Source of the DNA: Chlorokybus atmophyticus
Taxonomy: Eukaryota > Plantae > Mesostigma and Chlorokybus algae
Assembly (NCBI GenBank): GCA_009103225.1
Contig: RHPI01002503.1
Coordinates: 437,562 to 501,561 of the forward strand
DNA length: 64,000 nucleotides
Reading direction: 5' to 3'
Shown: piece by piece, positions 38,534 through 53,631 of the stretch
Position numbering within the stretch: the first letter of the stretch is position 1
Layout: each line of letters opens with the position of its first letter
Program-made: the position numbers and the translations under genes
The notes under the pieces: model-generated
What the model was told of the DNA's origin: nothing
What the model saw: the letters and a program-made list of their open reading frames with translations, nothing else
Databases searched by the model: none

Positions 38534-40236
38534 GTGTATACAGAAATGCACACATGTATGCACATGCACGACACATGCAATGGACCCAGCATCATGTCCA
38601 CATGCAGTCAACACCGTTCATGTAGACCACCACGCTACTGTCACTAGCTAACTTCACTACCTACTCTACCAACACCCCGTTAGCCATAGCAGTCAGTACG
38701 TGCATATAGTACCTGCACCAGCGCCACCTGGTTAGCGGCCCATTTGCAGCATCACCAGCGGTCACAAGAGCAGCAGGACTTGGACTCCCCCTCCCTCCTC
38801 CCTTCCCTACACCCTCCCTCCTCCAGCCGTCTGGACGCTCTGCCATCGGCCGCAACTGCATCGTTGCACCTATGGCTGCGCTGTTGACTGTACCACTTCA
38901 CGTGTGCGGTTGCACAGTGTGCGCCCCACCGTCTTGCTGCAGCGCCAGACTATCAGTGGCACGCCCACCCTTGCTGTGGCATGTGCTGGCAGAGCTGCAC
39001 GCACTGTTGGGTGCGTCAGCAATCGCTGCAGCTGCAGATCATCTGCCGCTGCGTTCTCAAAAGCGCAGGTCACCAGCAAGCGGGTATTGCGCACTTGCAG
39101 TAGTGCAGTTGGTTAGTTGCTCAGCAGTCTTCTCAAAGCTCCCAGCAATGCATGAGCATGCTCTGGCTGTACTTGTATATCTTCAGGCGCTGTATACTCC
39201 TGTACGCGTAGCATCTTGTACAAGTTGGATAGCTTGAAACTGAGCACATCTGCTAGGGAGAACCGCGTATGCTGCATGCGTTCTGTTATGCGTTGTATCC
39301 GTCTGAAGAAGTCCTGGTAGCCGAACAATCTCCCCGGTTGTGTTGCTTGGTGTGGTGCGCGTTGTTGCTGTGTACGTATGCCAACATGTCTCCAGCGTGG
39401 CATGTGACCTTGCCTGAACGGGGAGTGCTCCATGTTGTACCCGCTGGGGGCTGTGGTACGCAAATGCCTTATCCACAACCACTCTTTTTGTGACGCGCGC
39501 TTGTGCCATGCATGTGTTGTTTCGCGTGGCAATGGCGGCACCCATTCCAGTGGAGAGACACCCTAGCAGTCTACGGGCACTAATTGCATGGTCCGCTCTA
39601 CCAGCGTAGCTTGCGGGTGTCGTGCAGCTCTGAAGCGCCCTTGGAATCGCTGGAAGGCGGACTGCACTGTCATGCCCACATAGCATTTCACGGAGCCGTC
39701 CACCACGTATATCACATAGACGACGTGGTGCTGAGTCACTGGTGACAGCAGCGTCGTCGTCTTCAGCACTTTGTGGATGTGATGTCGTATGCTCTTCACA
39801 CTCACTATCGGCAGCTGCCAATGGTTGTGGATGTCCAGCACGCGTGCTTCAATCTGGCGCCAGTCCCATGTTGGTTGCGTCATGATGTTGAGTGTCTTTT
39901 GAACTGCCCTGCATGGCTGACGGGGTGGGGATCTACCTATGATCTATGCATGCATGGTGCTCCCGGTCAAGCACCCTATGTACTTCCACTCTAGCAGCAT
40001 GCATCACAAGCATAGCTAACTAAGACTCAGACACTGTCTCCCCATGCCTTAACATGGGGTAGCCGGGCGCACACCTATACAAGTGTGGGCCAACCCGACT
40101 TGCCACTGGCCTGATACGGCCCGAAGCCTGCCAGGGCATAGTGTGTACAGAAAATGCGCAACATGTATGCACATGCACGACACATTCAATGGACCCAGCA
40201 TCATGTCCACATGCAGTCAACACCGTTCATGTAGAC
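38534..40236 (-). mobile_element. Chlamys/Naiad-like Penelope-like retroelement remnant (N-terminal GIY-YIG, CxC linker, RT absent) bounded by ~95-bp direct repeats
   Basis: One frame 39883 to ~38850: VVYVIY...YVGMT...QRFQG...C*GVSPLE...EWLWIRHLRTTAPSGYN...PLIVWRCSKTVGRTLCN...QP*VQRCSC, with three in-frame stops. Direct repeats at 38534-38627 and 40141-40236. Confidence 0.72.
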
Positions 40237-40724
40237 TTATGTGTGTCTCAGTAGTTTTCCCCGGCATGAGTGTCGCCCTTGTCAATTGGTCCACGTGTTG
40301 CATTGCCCTGCATATCGAGCTCGCAAGTGCGCTCAGCAAGTGCTGGAACTGCAATTGTGTGCGTGCTCATTCGCACACCGCAACAATTGCACACAAGTCT
40401 AGTAAGCTTTCAGATGCGCAAACATTGGGTGCGAGGCTTGTGCAAGTATGTGGGGTGTACTACTGTGTTGTCAATCTGGCAAGCTGCAGAAATGCCTCCA
40501 CAGCAGATTTCCATTAAGCATGCATACTGCGTACTACACTTCAGTCACGCGCAACTTGGCGCAAAAGTTGTCTTAAATATATAGTTGTTACATGCGACTC
40601 TGCTCCAATGATACCCTAATGGTACCTCGTAGCAATATGCGGGGGCTATAGCACAGTTTCATTCAACCTGATTCGTGCACATGTACTGTACCACACAACA
40701 CTATATACAGCTGTGGTCACTCGT

Positions 40725-41769
40725 TCAGTAAGGCTTGGTCGGCATGTACTGCACGGGCGGTGGCACCATCGCCACCACCGGCACACCAACGTTGCGATGC
40801 ATCCCGTTGGGGCCGAAGGCACCGCGAACCTGATGGCGCATGCAAGACAGGGTCAGGAGAGTTGGTGGTGATACACTTGGACAAGTAGAGTCGATGCTTT
40901 GCATGTTGTGCGCACAGATGCGTGCAGGTGTGCGTGCGTATCCAAAATTACATGCACACGTCCAAGCATGCACACGCTCATGGATGTGTGCCTGTGTATG
41001 CACAAGTGTGCGTGTGCCCATGTGTGTGTTACACACCTTGAGTTCGCGCTGTTCCTGCAGGAACGCGCAGCAGATACACCATACGTGCAAGCAGCAGTCG
41101 CCGCATGCGCCACCCGGGATGCCGTACTTCTGGCGTATGGCCCCACGCACGGGTATGCTATACAGGCAGCAGCAGCCAACTTGCTGCAGCAGCCACCATA
41201 TCACACCCGCCACGAAGCAGTCCTGACCGTTAACCACCTCAGCCACCTGCCAACACGAATGGAGAGGAGGGAGGAGGAAAGCAAACTTGGCGTGAGATGA
41301 GAACTCCAACCACATGCTCTTCTTGCGTGCGTGCAGATGAGGTGAAATATCTACCCACCTGGCCGAAAGTGATGCATGGCAGGCAGCAGGCAACGACGCA
41401 CGGCACGGCGCCATCATCGCACCACGAGCACAGCCCTGTACTCCACTGGCCCAACGGCCCAGCGCCTGATTACAAGCAACATTTTACGCATTAGCAGAAT
41501 GGGGGGGCTTGTTAAGCCATGCGTCTCACACAAGCTTCACCGACCCATGTCATGACATGATCACATGTTTGGCCCACTTGCACCCAACCAATGCTCGTGT
41601 CATTGTGTCGAGTGCAATGGCAGTTTGTGTACATAGCTTGCACAGCTGATGGTCAAGTGGTTACTATAAATGCCAACTTGACTGTCCGCCTTGAATGTCA
41701 TTTACATATTTGCATATGTTTACCTTTGCCATTGGCGAGGGTAGTGGTTAGTGGGCCTGTTGGCATCAT
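40725..41769 (-). CDS. PLAC8/PCR-family cysteine-rich membrane protein
   Basis: MMPTGPLTTTLANGK|GAGPLGQWSTGLCSWCDDGAVPCVVACCLPCITFGQ|VAEVVNG...RGAIRQKYGIPGGACGDCCLHVWCICCAFLQEQRELK|VRG...PY*; WSTGLC, CPC.TFGQ and DC..H..C..CA..QE.RE motifs. Confidence 0.88.
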
Positions 41770-42725
41770 CGCCAATGCAGCGGAAACAGCAAGGCCTCGC
41801 CCTCAACAGTCTCGTACTCGCACACCTGGCAGGTAGAGCAATTTGAGCACAAGGAAAAGAAAGCCTGCTTTTGGGCGCACACGCAGTCAAGTGAAGTCTT
41901 AGAGCACTCTACATTTGACAGTAATTGTACCCGCAAGGTGCAGCAGTGTGGGTCTGATATGCCGTTGATGTAACGTTACAACTTGAGCAATGCATGAACT
42001 TCTGATGTGACGGCCAGGTGACTCAAAAATTTGACTGAGATTGCGAGCATCAACTTCATCAACGCACACCCATGCACCCACGCAATGTGTGTATGTGTGC
42101 GTACAGCCCCCACAGGATCAATTCCACGCTTGGTTTCGCACCTGCAGCGTTCTCGTTGGAGGCGGGGAAGAGGGCGCTCAGCGGCGTCGTCAAACAGCTT
42201 GCGCACGCAAACACATGGGTAGAAACAAAAGAAACTGGCAGAGTGAATGAAAGTAAGCGTGGTGGTGTAAACGGCAGCGCACTCTTATCGTCATCAGTAC
42301 CACTTGCTGGCTAAGGCCCAGGCCTGACGAACTTTTGACAACTGAAACTGTCAATTTCGGGTCGACATGTTTCAACACACTCGGCGTGCATGTGATACCG
42401 GATACAAAGCCTGATGAATGTTTAAACAACTATATTGAGAGACTTATTGCTAAGCCCGCTGTTGGCTTTCAAATGGAACGGGATTGCTCTTGCCACCGTT
42501 ACCGCTCATGTGTACCAGCGGATGCCCCTCCGCGGTCACCGACGGGGACTTTGGGCCCTGAGGCAGCGCGCAGATTCCATCCACTTAACGTCAACAATGA
42601 TCAATTAACTAATCCACGTCACCACGTACTGTAAAGCCCTTGCAGCGAAGTGGAGAATGCATCTTGAATCTTGAATTGATTATCTCTAGCTTTCTTAATA
42701 GCTGAATTCAGCAAGAGGGGGGGGG

Positions 42726-42780
42726 CACCTGAGCTTGTGCGCAACCTGCAAGCCAAGGACCAACATAAGAAGGCAGCGGA
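42726..42780 (+). repeat. 55-bp fragment identical to the pogo transposase at 31776-31830, between a G run and an N gap
   Basis: CACCTGAGCTTGTGCGCAACC...AAGGCAGCGGA matches exactly; gap at 42781-42843. Confidence 0.9.
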
Positions 42781-45112
42781 NNNNNNNNNNNNNNNNNNNN
42801 NNNNNNNNNNNNNNNNNNNNNNNNNNNNNNNNNNNNNNNNNNNCTTTTGCTGAGTTCATATCAAAAAAGATGGAGAAAATCAAAAAGCTAATGATGATGA
42901 CGCACACAGTAATGCAACAACAATTACTTCAAATGAGACAAGACACAATCCAATGTAAACGGTTTAAATTGTCTCTTACGAATTGTAAACTATTATGTAG
43001 GCCTTACATCGTACTGAGTACAATGTTTATGACAACTTGTCAAATGAAGATCAACAACCAGTTTGGGACATATAAGATTTTAAGTGGAGGCAAAAAGTGA
43101 AGGTTGGGGCATATCAAACTGCGTGGTGAAATATTGGATAATGGTATGCAAATAACAATTGCAACTTTTAACATCACCACCATGCTTATTTGGCCGCCCT
43201 CACATGTTTTCCCTCGTTTCCCCATTAACAAATTGCTTGAAAAAAATGCGTGCTGCAGAGAAAGTTATACGTCCACTAGCTGCCATGTTGGTCTTCATGT
43301 GTCTTTTAATTTTCACGCGATAGCTGCATGGATTGTGTACAAAAGGTATGCCATATTGTGAATTGTAGCCAGCGACATGCGTGGCTACATATGCCAGCAT
43401 TACTGCAATTGAGTACTTTTCATGTTTACTTCGATACTTCAGATTGAAGGCTCAAAGTAATCCTTGCGGGTTTGCAAGTGTAGACTCCATTGTGCACAAT
43501 ATAGTTTCTTAATAGCTAGTGCCATGCAAGCAAACCATGCTTGGTTGCTTCCTTGGCGGCACATTTAGCGTCATCCGCATCATCATTGTGTGTCACCTGT
43601 CATCGCTAACATTTGCTACACCACTCACATCTCGTCTTCTCCTCTCCTCTCCTCGCTGCAGGTTGGGGACAAAAGCTACTACATTTGCATCTTGCGCACG
43701 CCTTGGCAGGCTATTCTTGCATGATGCTGCACACGATGTTGCTGCATCTTGCATTACACATAGCTAGCCCCAAGGTCTAGTTGTGGTAAGTATAATGGAT
43801 GGGTGGAAGTATAACCCTTCAATCACAGTGACATACAAGTGTTGAGCTGTTAGCGCAGTTATCATGCCTATCACACACGCATCACATGCATCGAACTAGC
43901 CACCCAAGGGCACTACCATACGCTACACAAGTGCTACATGAAGTTGATGTGTCGTGAGTGCCTAGGTGTATTTGTGTGTTAGCACATGACTTGTGTGTGC
44001 ACGGCATGGTGTGCATATGCAACAACATTGATGGGACTCAAGCTAGCCATTACATCACATCACATCACATCACCGCATACAACAGCAATATTAAGCAGTG
44101 GTAGGGTTTGCTCCACATTGGAACGTACAATGACAATTACTTGTTAGTGGCAAGCATAGCTACAGCAACAGCAACATCAACAATGGCGTAGTTTTGGGGC
44201 CGAACAGCAGCACGCCAACCAAAGAAGTGGCGAAGCAAGACAAGCTACCATCCATTGCTATCCTTATGCTCTGCATCCGCGTGTGTTGTTCGTGCACAGC
44301 ATGTTGTGCAATCATTGATACATCTTGTGTTGGTCTCGCAAATTGCAAGTTACAAATGAGCGCTGTTTAATTTTAATGTAAGCCATGCGCCTGAAGCAAT
44401 ACAAGGAACTTTGATGGGTGACTTTGCAGTGTCAGGCATCAAGAGCGTTTTTAATTAACTTATGCATGTTTGGATGAATGCATACATGCTGCTACTGTAC
44501 TGCCAGTCTTGCCATTGTCGTTGCATACACATGGAAGTGTTTAAGCCATGTGAAAAGCCGCGCTGGATAGCTGGTTATCACCAAAATTTTGGTAGCCAAG
44601 TAGCCAGCGCAGTAATCTATCTACCGTTGTGGCAATGACCAGACCATAATCCTGGGGGAACGTAGAATTCCTTGACATGCATGACACAAACTGTAAGCTA
44701 CGAAGTTTGACCAACCAAAACTCTATTTGGCGGTTAGCACATAAAACGTCTCCAGATACGCAACCATGCATGCAAGCGCTGTAGTCATCTCGACATATCA
44801 AAGCTGTGCACTACCTGCTATGCTATGATACAAAGTATACAATGAAGCAACAAAGCCTCCTCGTTGCCGTCTCTAATTTATACGTACACAACGATGCACA
44901 AGATGTGCATCGAGAGCGAGCAACCCACTGTGCACGACCCGCTTGCAACCGCCAGCACCCTTCAGACTGCACCGGAATAGCAGCTGCACCATCAGCAATG
45001 CACACTTATATAGTTACAACCACATGTCCAAGGCTCACCAACCTGCAAAGCCAGTAGCCGAGCGCCGCCACACTCCTGGCTTGGCGAGTCACAGCCACCA
45101 ACATGTACCGGC

Positions 45113-48100
45113 TTATATCTCCGTATCAAGATCAATAACCGTCTTCTTCAAGATAGTCTCTATGGAGTTGTGCGCATTCTCCACGGCTTTAGCCACCCTC
45201 TGCCAGTGCTCGCCATGGTGCGGCTCAGCAGCTACACACCTCTTCAGCACGCTCTCCCTCTGCTCCTCGGTGCCATGCTGAACCTCAAACTTGTAGAAGA
45301 GCGCCCAGAAGTCGCCGACATCGGGATTGAGCGTGACGGCACGGTTGAACCAGACCCTCGCCTTGTCCACCTTGCGGTCGTGCCAGAAGAGGACAGCTAC
45401 AGCCGCAACAACGTGCGGATCGTTATCGCACCTTTTCAAAGCATCGCCGGCTCGCGATCTGCGCTGCGGCCTGGGCGCCATGGAGATGGCTTCTGCCCAC
45501 AGGATGCCGCTGGTGGGACACTCCTGCAGCGCACGTGCTAGAAGAGCTTCCGCCGCCTTCTGGTTGCCGCCACGGTTCTCCGTGCGCACCGCCGCGAGCC
45601 ACAGCTCAGGGCACTTTTGGTTCTTGAAGCGCGCCTGCTCCAGGACCGCGCGCGCCTTGGTGATGTTGCCGGACTTCTCCTCGAGTTGGGCTGCACACAG
45701 CCACATGGGGATGCTGTTGGGACACTTGCGGAGGCCTTGCTGGTACACATCGCGCGCGACATCTACCCTCTCAACACGCGCCTCCAGCTGTCCCAGCATG
45801 ATCCACAGCTTATGGAACAGCATAAACTTCTTGAGGCCTTCCTTCAGCAAGTTGCGTTCGGCGTCAGTGTCTCCCAGCTCTCGTTCCACAATTGCTGACT
45901 TCATCCAGACACGCTCAGTGCCTCCACGTTCTCGCGCCTTGGCCAACAACAAGCGCGCACGCTCCGGTTCATTATTCTCAAACTCAAGCTTGAAAGCAGC
46001 CAGCCAGATCTCTTCAGAGTCTGGGTTTGCAGCAAAGGCTTCTTGCAAGATGGCGCGCGCACCGGGAACATCCCCAGCAAGCCACTTCTCCTTTGCCCCC
46101 ATGAGCCACAAGATCTCCGCCTGTGGACAGTATGTGACGGCCTTTCGCAGCAGCACATCCAAAGACTCTCGCGTCCCGTGAGACTTTTCCAGCTGCGCAG
46201 CACGTCGCCAGACGGACTTCTTGCCAGGGAACACCGACAGCGCATGCGCATAGATGGCGCGAGCGCACTCCACGGAGCCCCTCTTGAGACACTCCTCAGC
46301 GTCTGCCAACCATGTGCGCTTGCGATCTTCCTCATCAACGCCGAGTCCAATGCATGCGCGGATGATGGCCTGGCACGTAACAACAGAACCAGCCTTCTCT
46401 GCTGCCTCGGCCTCCTTCAGCCACTGCTCACGGTCAATGACCACGCCATGCCCTTGGAGGTCCTTCAGAGCCCTGTCGATAATCTTCGGAACCATGTTGT
46501 TGTTCTCATTGGCCTCCTCTAGCTTAGCAGCGGCAATCCAGATCTGCGGCTCTGTGGGGATGGTTTGACGGGCCTTGTTCAAGACAGCCTTGGCACTGGC
46601 GTGGGTTTCAAGTCGTGCAAGCGCCAGCCAAAGCTCAACATGCTGCGGACAGCACTCAACCGCACGAGACAGCATCACCCTAGCATCATCCTGCGACTCG
46701 AGCTCAACAGCAGCCTTCCAAAGAAGCACAGAATTGGAGTTCTGCTCCAAAGCTTTGCGGAACACACGCCTCTTTGCGTTCACATCCTCTTCAAGGCGAG
46801 CTGCTTGCAACCATAGCTTGATGGCGTGAGGAATCTGCTGGATTCCCTTTGCGAGCACCGCTTTTGCCCTGTCTGGAGTCTGGAGCCGTGTCGCCTCAAG
46901 CCACACATCCTCACTGTTAGGACACTCTTCGCAGCCGTTCTGTATGAGAGAGCGTGCAGCCTGGAGCTTGCCAGCACGCTCCTCCAATCGCGCTGCAGCA
47001 ATCCATCCTGGGGCATGCTTCGGGTTTGTTTGAATAACAGACTTCAGCAGCAGCCTTGCCTTCTTCAGATCACTCACTTCGGCATCGCTGTTGATCTTCA
47101 TGCTCTTCAAGTCCGTAAGGTAGCCCTTGGGGTCCACAACAGTCTGGCCCGTGACAGAGTCGGACAACCTATCGAGCTTCAGCCTCATGACCGTGCCTCG
47201 GCCCTCGCCAACAGCCGTGAGATCGGTCTGCACGCCGGACGGTGTCTCCAGGCCGCTCTTGCGTGGATCAATCGCGCTGAGGGTCTCGCTCTCCTGCCTG
47301 GCCTTCTCCAGCAGCGTGTCTGGCACAGGGACGAAGCTTTCAAACCGTTTGCGTTTGTTCCTGTTGCTGTAGTCGCCAATGTCAGGGAGGCTTTCCCACT
47401 GATCTACTGACACCTGGCTCAGCTGGCGCTTGAGGTCGGCAAACTGCTCCGTGATCTTGGGATTATCTGCGCGGTACTTCTCAATTTCTTCCTTCAACCT
47501 GGCTTCGCGCCGATCCTTCCGTCGACTATCCATGCGCTGCTCAATCGACTCCCAAACCTGCAGCAGATGCAAACATTAGAAACGAATGTCAAGAACGCAG
47601 CCCTGCAAGTTGTGAGTGCACCTTATTTCTGCAGGAAACGTAATCTCCGAGCAAGGAACAAGAGGAACAGAACTCGAACTCGACCAAGCAGGTATAAGTT
47701 GAGTGGAAATCTGCAAAGCTACAAGTAGGGCTACGACGCGAAACTGTATGTCAAAGTCACCAACCCTGCAGATTGCGAGTGCATGTGATAACCTCTACTG
47801 GCAAATAGAGCGACCAAGAAACAAGGTTTGCTCTAGACAATTAAGCTAATAATGTGGACTCAGCTGCACAACATAACACCGAAGGTGTTGAATCAACCAG
47901 AGCTGGAGATATAGCTTGTTAGCTTGCAACTAGAAGGATTGCATGTGCATGCACGACTATGCAATGACTGACTTGTTTTGTCACCTTACAAGTCAAGCTC
48001 TGCTACCACAAAACCGGCATGAACCAAAATCCGACCTCCCACATGCAGCAACTCTAACACAGTCGTCACAACACACCTCATCCGCTTCTTTGTCGTCCTC

Positions 48101-48397
48101 ATCATACTCCCCAACGCTGAAGATTCCCTTGTCATTACCCTCGAACTCGTCAAAGTTTTGTCCCTCATCGAAGCCGCCCTCGTCATCGTCCTTATCGGCG
48201 GCGGGGGCGCCGGCGCCCCTTCCTCGCCCAACGGCAGGATTGGTACCACGGTCAGGGACGTCCAGGGCAGCCCTGGCAGGACCAATATCCGACCGGGTGG
48301 TGAAGCCCGTCGCTCCTCGCCCCACACCCGCCACATAGTTGCTGGGAGCAGGGGCGCTCAGATCCAGCTTCTGCTTGCGCTCGTACGGCGCCTGCAT
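45113..48397 (-). CDS. PRPF6: Pre-mRNA splicing factor Prp6 (STA1-like), 2 exons
   Basis: APSNYVAGVGRGATGFTTRSDIGPAR, FDEFEGND, DLTAVGEGRGTV, QTVVDPKGYLTDL and many HAT/TPR repeats. Exons 48397-48077 and 47557-45113; TGTAA at 45018-45014. Confidence 0.97.
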
Positions 48398-48532
48398 CGT
48401 GCAAAAACAACGGGCTAGTTTCTGAGTGCCCTGTGCGCAACTACGTCCACATACAGGAGCACCTGCCTGCCGCCGCCGCCGCCGCCGCCGCCTTGTCCTC
48501 CACAGCTTTCGCCGCTACGCCAGCAGCACTGG

Positions 48533-48542
48533 TTTAGGGTTT
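48533..48542 (-). promoter_or_regulatory. Telo-box-like AAACCCTAAA upstream of Prp6
   Basis: TTTAGGGTTT on + strand, ~135 bp from the Prp6 ATG. Function inferred from plant telo-boxes only. Confidence 0.3.
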
Positions 48543-49191
48543 GAGCGGGAGTTGCAGGAAAAACCAAACCCGCTAACGGTGGCTTCTAGCAGGCAAAGCA
48601 ATTGCCTTCATGACACTTGCAGAAAGCGGAAAAATTGCTTCCTGCCAAAGCGGCTTCGAGCCCGTATGCGGCGGCCTGCCAGCTCAGACCGGGCCGCCGC
48701 ATGCTGTTGGAGATACGAACGAGCGCAAGCGAGAAGAAAGAGACTCTCACTCACAGGCGCTAAGTTTACTACACCTTCTTTGTGTACTTGTGCGCTCGCA
48801 TGCACTTTGCTTGGTGGCTGTCTGACTGTTGGCCATAGCACGGCCACATACACACACGCACACAGTTACACACACATACACAGCGCTCAACACTTGAGCC
48901 GCAGAGGAAGTGGAGCAGAGTCTTGCTTGGGCAGTGAAGGGTGCTGTGACATACCAAGGGAGAGAGCCATGGTGGCTGCTGCTTGCTGAGCTGCTGCTGG
49001 TAGCAGCCTGAAGCAGTAGTGTAAGACATACACACACAAACACACAGCTTAGCATCGGAACCTTATCCCACGAACGCTGCTGTGAATTATCGCAGTGTGA
49101 GGGCTGCTCTATGACTGCAGGGCACGTGTAACAGTAGAACGTCACTTGTACAAGTAGCTTAGGCTGGTACTGATACTGTTCTCAGTCCACA

Positions 49192-51377
<2,186 letters not shown>

Positions 51378-52197
51378 GTCGCCGATGTCATCATTCTCTG
51401 TTGGGTGAGCGGGTTGCCAGTGAGTGGTTGTAGCTTATGGAGATTGAGTGGACAGCACCGGGGAGTCGTGTCATTACGGGGCAGAGTTGAGTGCAAGGCT
51501 GGAGTACAGCAAATCTAGACGTGAATAATGGTCGAAGATGGCAAGCGTTTGTGTATGTTACAATGCCTGTTGTCGTGTTGTATCTGCATAGCAGCGTAGT
51601 TGCTTGGCAAAAACACTGGTATGTAGGATATGCGAGGTGCGACATGTGCACGACATGATGGGGACATGCAAATATAATACCCTGCGACACAATTAAGAAG
51701 TATCACTGTTCACTGCGAAACGAATGAAATAGGCAAGGAACACACGGGCTTGGCGCGCACACAAGACAGAGGCACTGTATACACCGTACTGCACCCATGA
51801 CCTGCTGGACCAGTGAGACTGGAGGAGGTTCTGGTGGAGGTAGGGAAGGGATAGCGCAACGCAGCAAGGTGCACAACAAGTATCGGCATCTTTGAGAGCA
51901 CACTGCAAGGAGGCGCATGACGCAGCACTTCAGACTGAATCTCTGCTCAAGCATGACGACTGTGTCTGTACACGCAATGCAGATGCAGGGTGGCATACTC
52001 ATCAACTGCATGCGTGCATGCACCCTGCACAAGCTTACAACTGTGGAGACGTAGTAATTTGATACTGGGCCCTTCGCTGAGCAAGAGTAGGTCCCAGTAA
52101 ACACTTGACATGTACACACACTGGGCAACCACCAGACATCGTAACCAACTCGGCTAGCATACAACTGTGCAACCAATGTGCTCCAGGTAACGACAAG

Positions 52198-53631
52198 CTA
52201 CATAATGGAGCAATTGTTAAGGTCTCCCGGCATAGTACTTGCATCTCCTGCATTGAATCTGCAAGCACATTGCCATCAACTAAGACTCTCACGTGGCAAT
52301 GATTTCTGCGCAGCACTGTAGCATACAGATTGAATGAGACACATGAGCATGAGTGCAACTCACTTGGGCATGCCGTCCATTCCAAACTCCATGCCAGGCG
52401 CCAGTTCTTTGACAATCTCCTGAGGTGGCTGCCCGCAGTCTTGCATCTCCTGCAGCAGCTGAACCAGGCGAGGGAAGTTCTCCGGGTCTGTCTCGTATAG
52501 CTGGCAGATCTCCTGCACATGCTCATGCTGCTTCCTGAACCGCCGCAGGTCCTCGGGTGGCAAAGTCGCCGCATTCCGCTCCAACCATGCTGGGTACCTG
52601 GGGCAAGTTTTCGTTGGTACTTGCAGAGTCAGTATAACTATTAGTCAAGACTGCATTGTTGTTCCTGGATGATGCAATAGTGGGTCCACCTGCTCACTGA
52701 GCTGAACTACATGCACTGACCAAGCAGCTGGAAGGGTTTACCTTTCGGCAATGTCACGCATTGGCTCTGCAAGAACGTCTTTGGACAGCAGCTGCCGCAT
52801 CATGGAATCCATGAGCGACTGGACCTCACCCTCGCCTCCAAGCGCCTGCATCTGCGCAGCGAGCTCCGCGACAAGCGCCTCGTTGCCATCCTCCATGCGT
52901 GCCGCCCCCGCGCCGCCATCCAGCCCCTCAATAGCTGTCTTGGTTTGCGCTGCGAGTGCCGCGAGTGTGTCTGACACGCCTTGCGACACCCCGGATGATG
53001 ACTCTCCCCCTGTACCTTTTTCGCCCTCAAGCAACCCTGCCATCAAGTGCGACAGGCTTGCTGCCAGCTGATCTGAACAAGAGAGACACAGTCAGACCCG
53101 GTGCAACCAAGCTGCAGGAAGGATACAAACTCAAAACCAACAGTGCGTACTGAAAGCTTACCAGCCTGCTGGTTTGGTTGGTCCAAACTGGGGGGCGCAA
53201 GAGGCGGCTTATTCTTTTTCTTCTTGCGTGGCAACAAGGGAGTGGACCCAAGGCCTGCCACGCCTGATGGAGCAGCTGCCGCTGTTGCACTGCTGCACGA
53301 CAATGAGCACAAGCGTGAAGCCTAAAACTGCTAGCCATAGGCTGGACGGTTGGTAAACTTGCCTGCTTGAGGCAGCAGACGCTGACACCAATGGAGTCAC
53401 TGAAGGCGCCGTTGCAGTTGTTGAGGATGCTTCCGCAGCGCTGGGTGCATTGGTACCCTCGGTACGTACGCCAAAGTCAGAAAGAGCGCCTGCCAGTATA
53501 GTCGTCAGCAGCAGCAGTGAGCTCTTAGCATCATAAAGCAACCTACAAGCGCAAAAGTGCTGCTACATTTGACACAAGGACTTACTGTCTAGAAGCTCTT
53601 CAAGCTCGTGGTCTAGCTGATCAGACGCCAT
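52198..53631 (-). CDS. PEX19: Peroxisomal biogenesis factor 19
   Basis: MASDQLDHELEELLDSALSDF, SMMRQLLSKDVLAEPMRDIAERYP, VQLLQEMQDCGQPPQEIVKELAPG and C-terminal CaaX NNCSIM*. Confidence 0.95.

Noticed and set aside
38000-38850. Reverse transcriptase downstream of the CxC motif
   Set aside because: No RT motifs in any frame; the sequence passes into a purine tract, the direct repeat and the neighbouring gene.
43200-43400. HVAGY as a P-element/THAP9 transposase C-terminal motif
   Set aside because: Only a 4-residue resemblance, with none of the surrounding conserved residues.
45170-47410. Overlapping antisense ORFs (up to 284 aa) opposite Prp6, and similar ones opposite TRAPPC8 and MLH3
   Set aside because: Shadow ORFs typical of GC-rich coding sequence, with no motifs.
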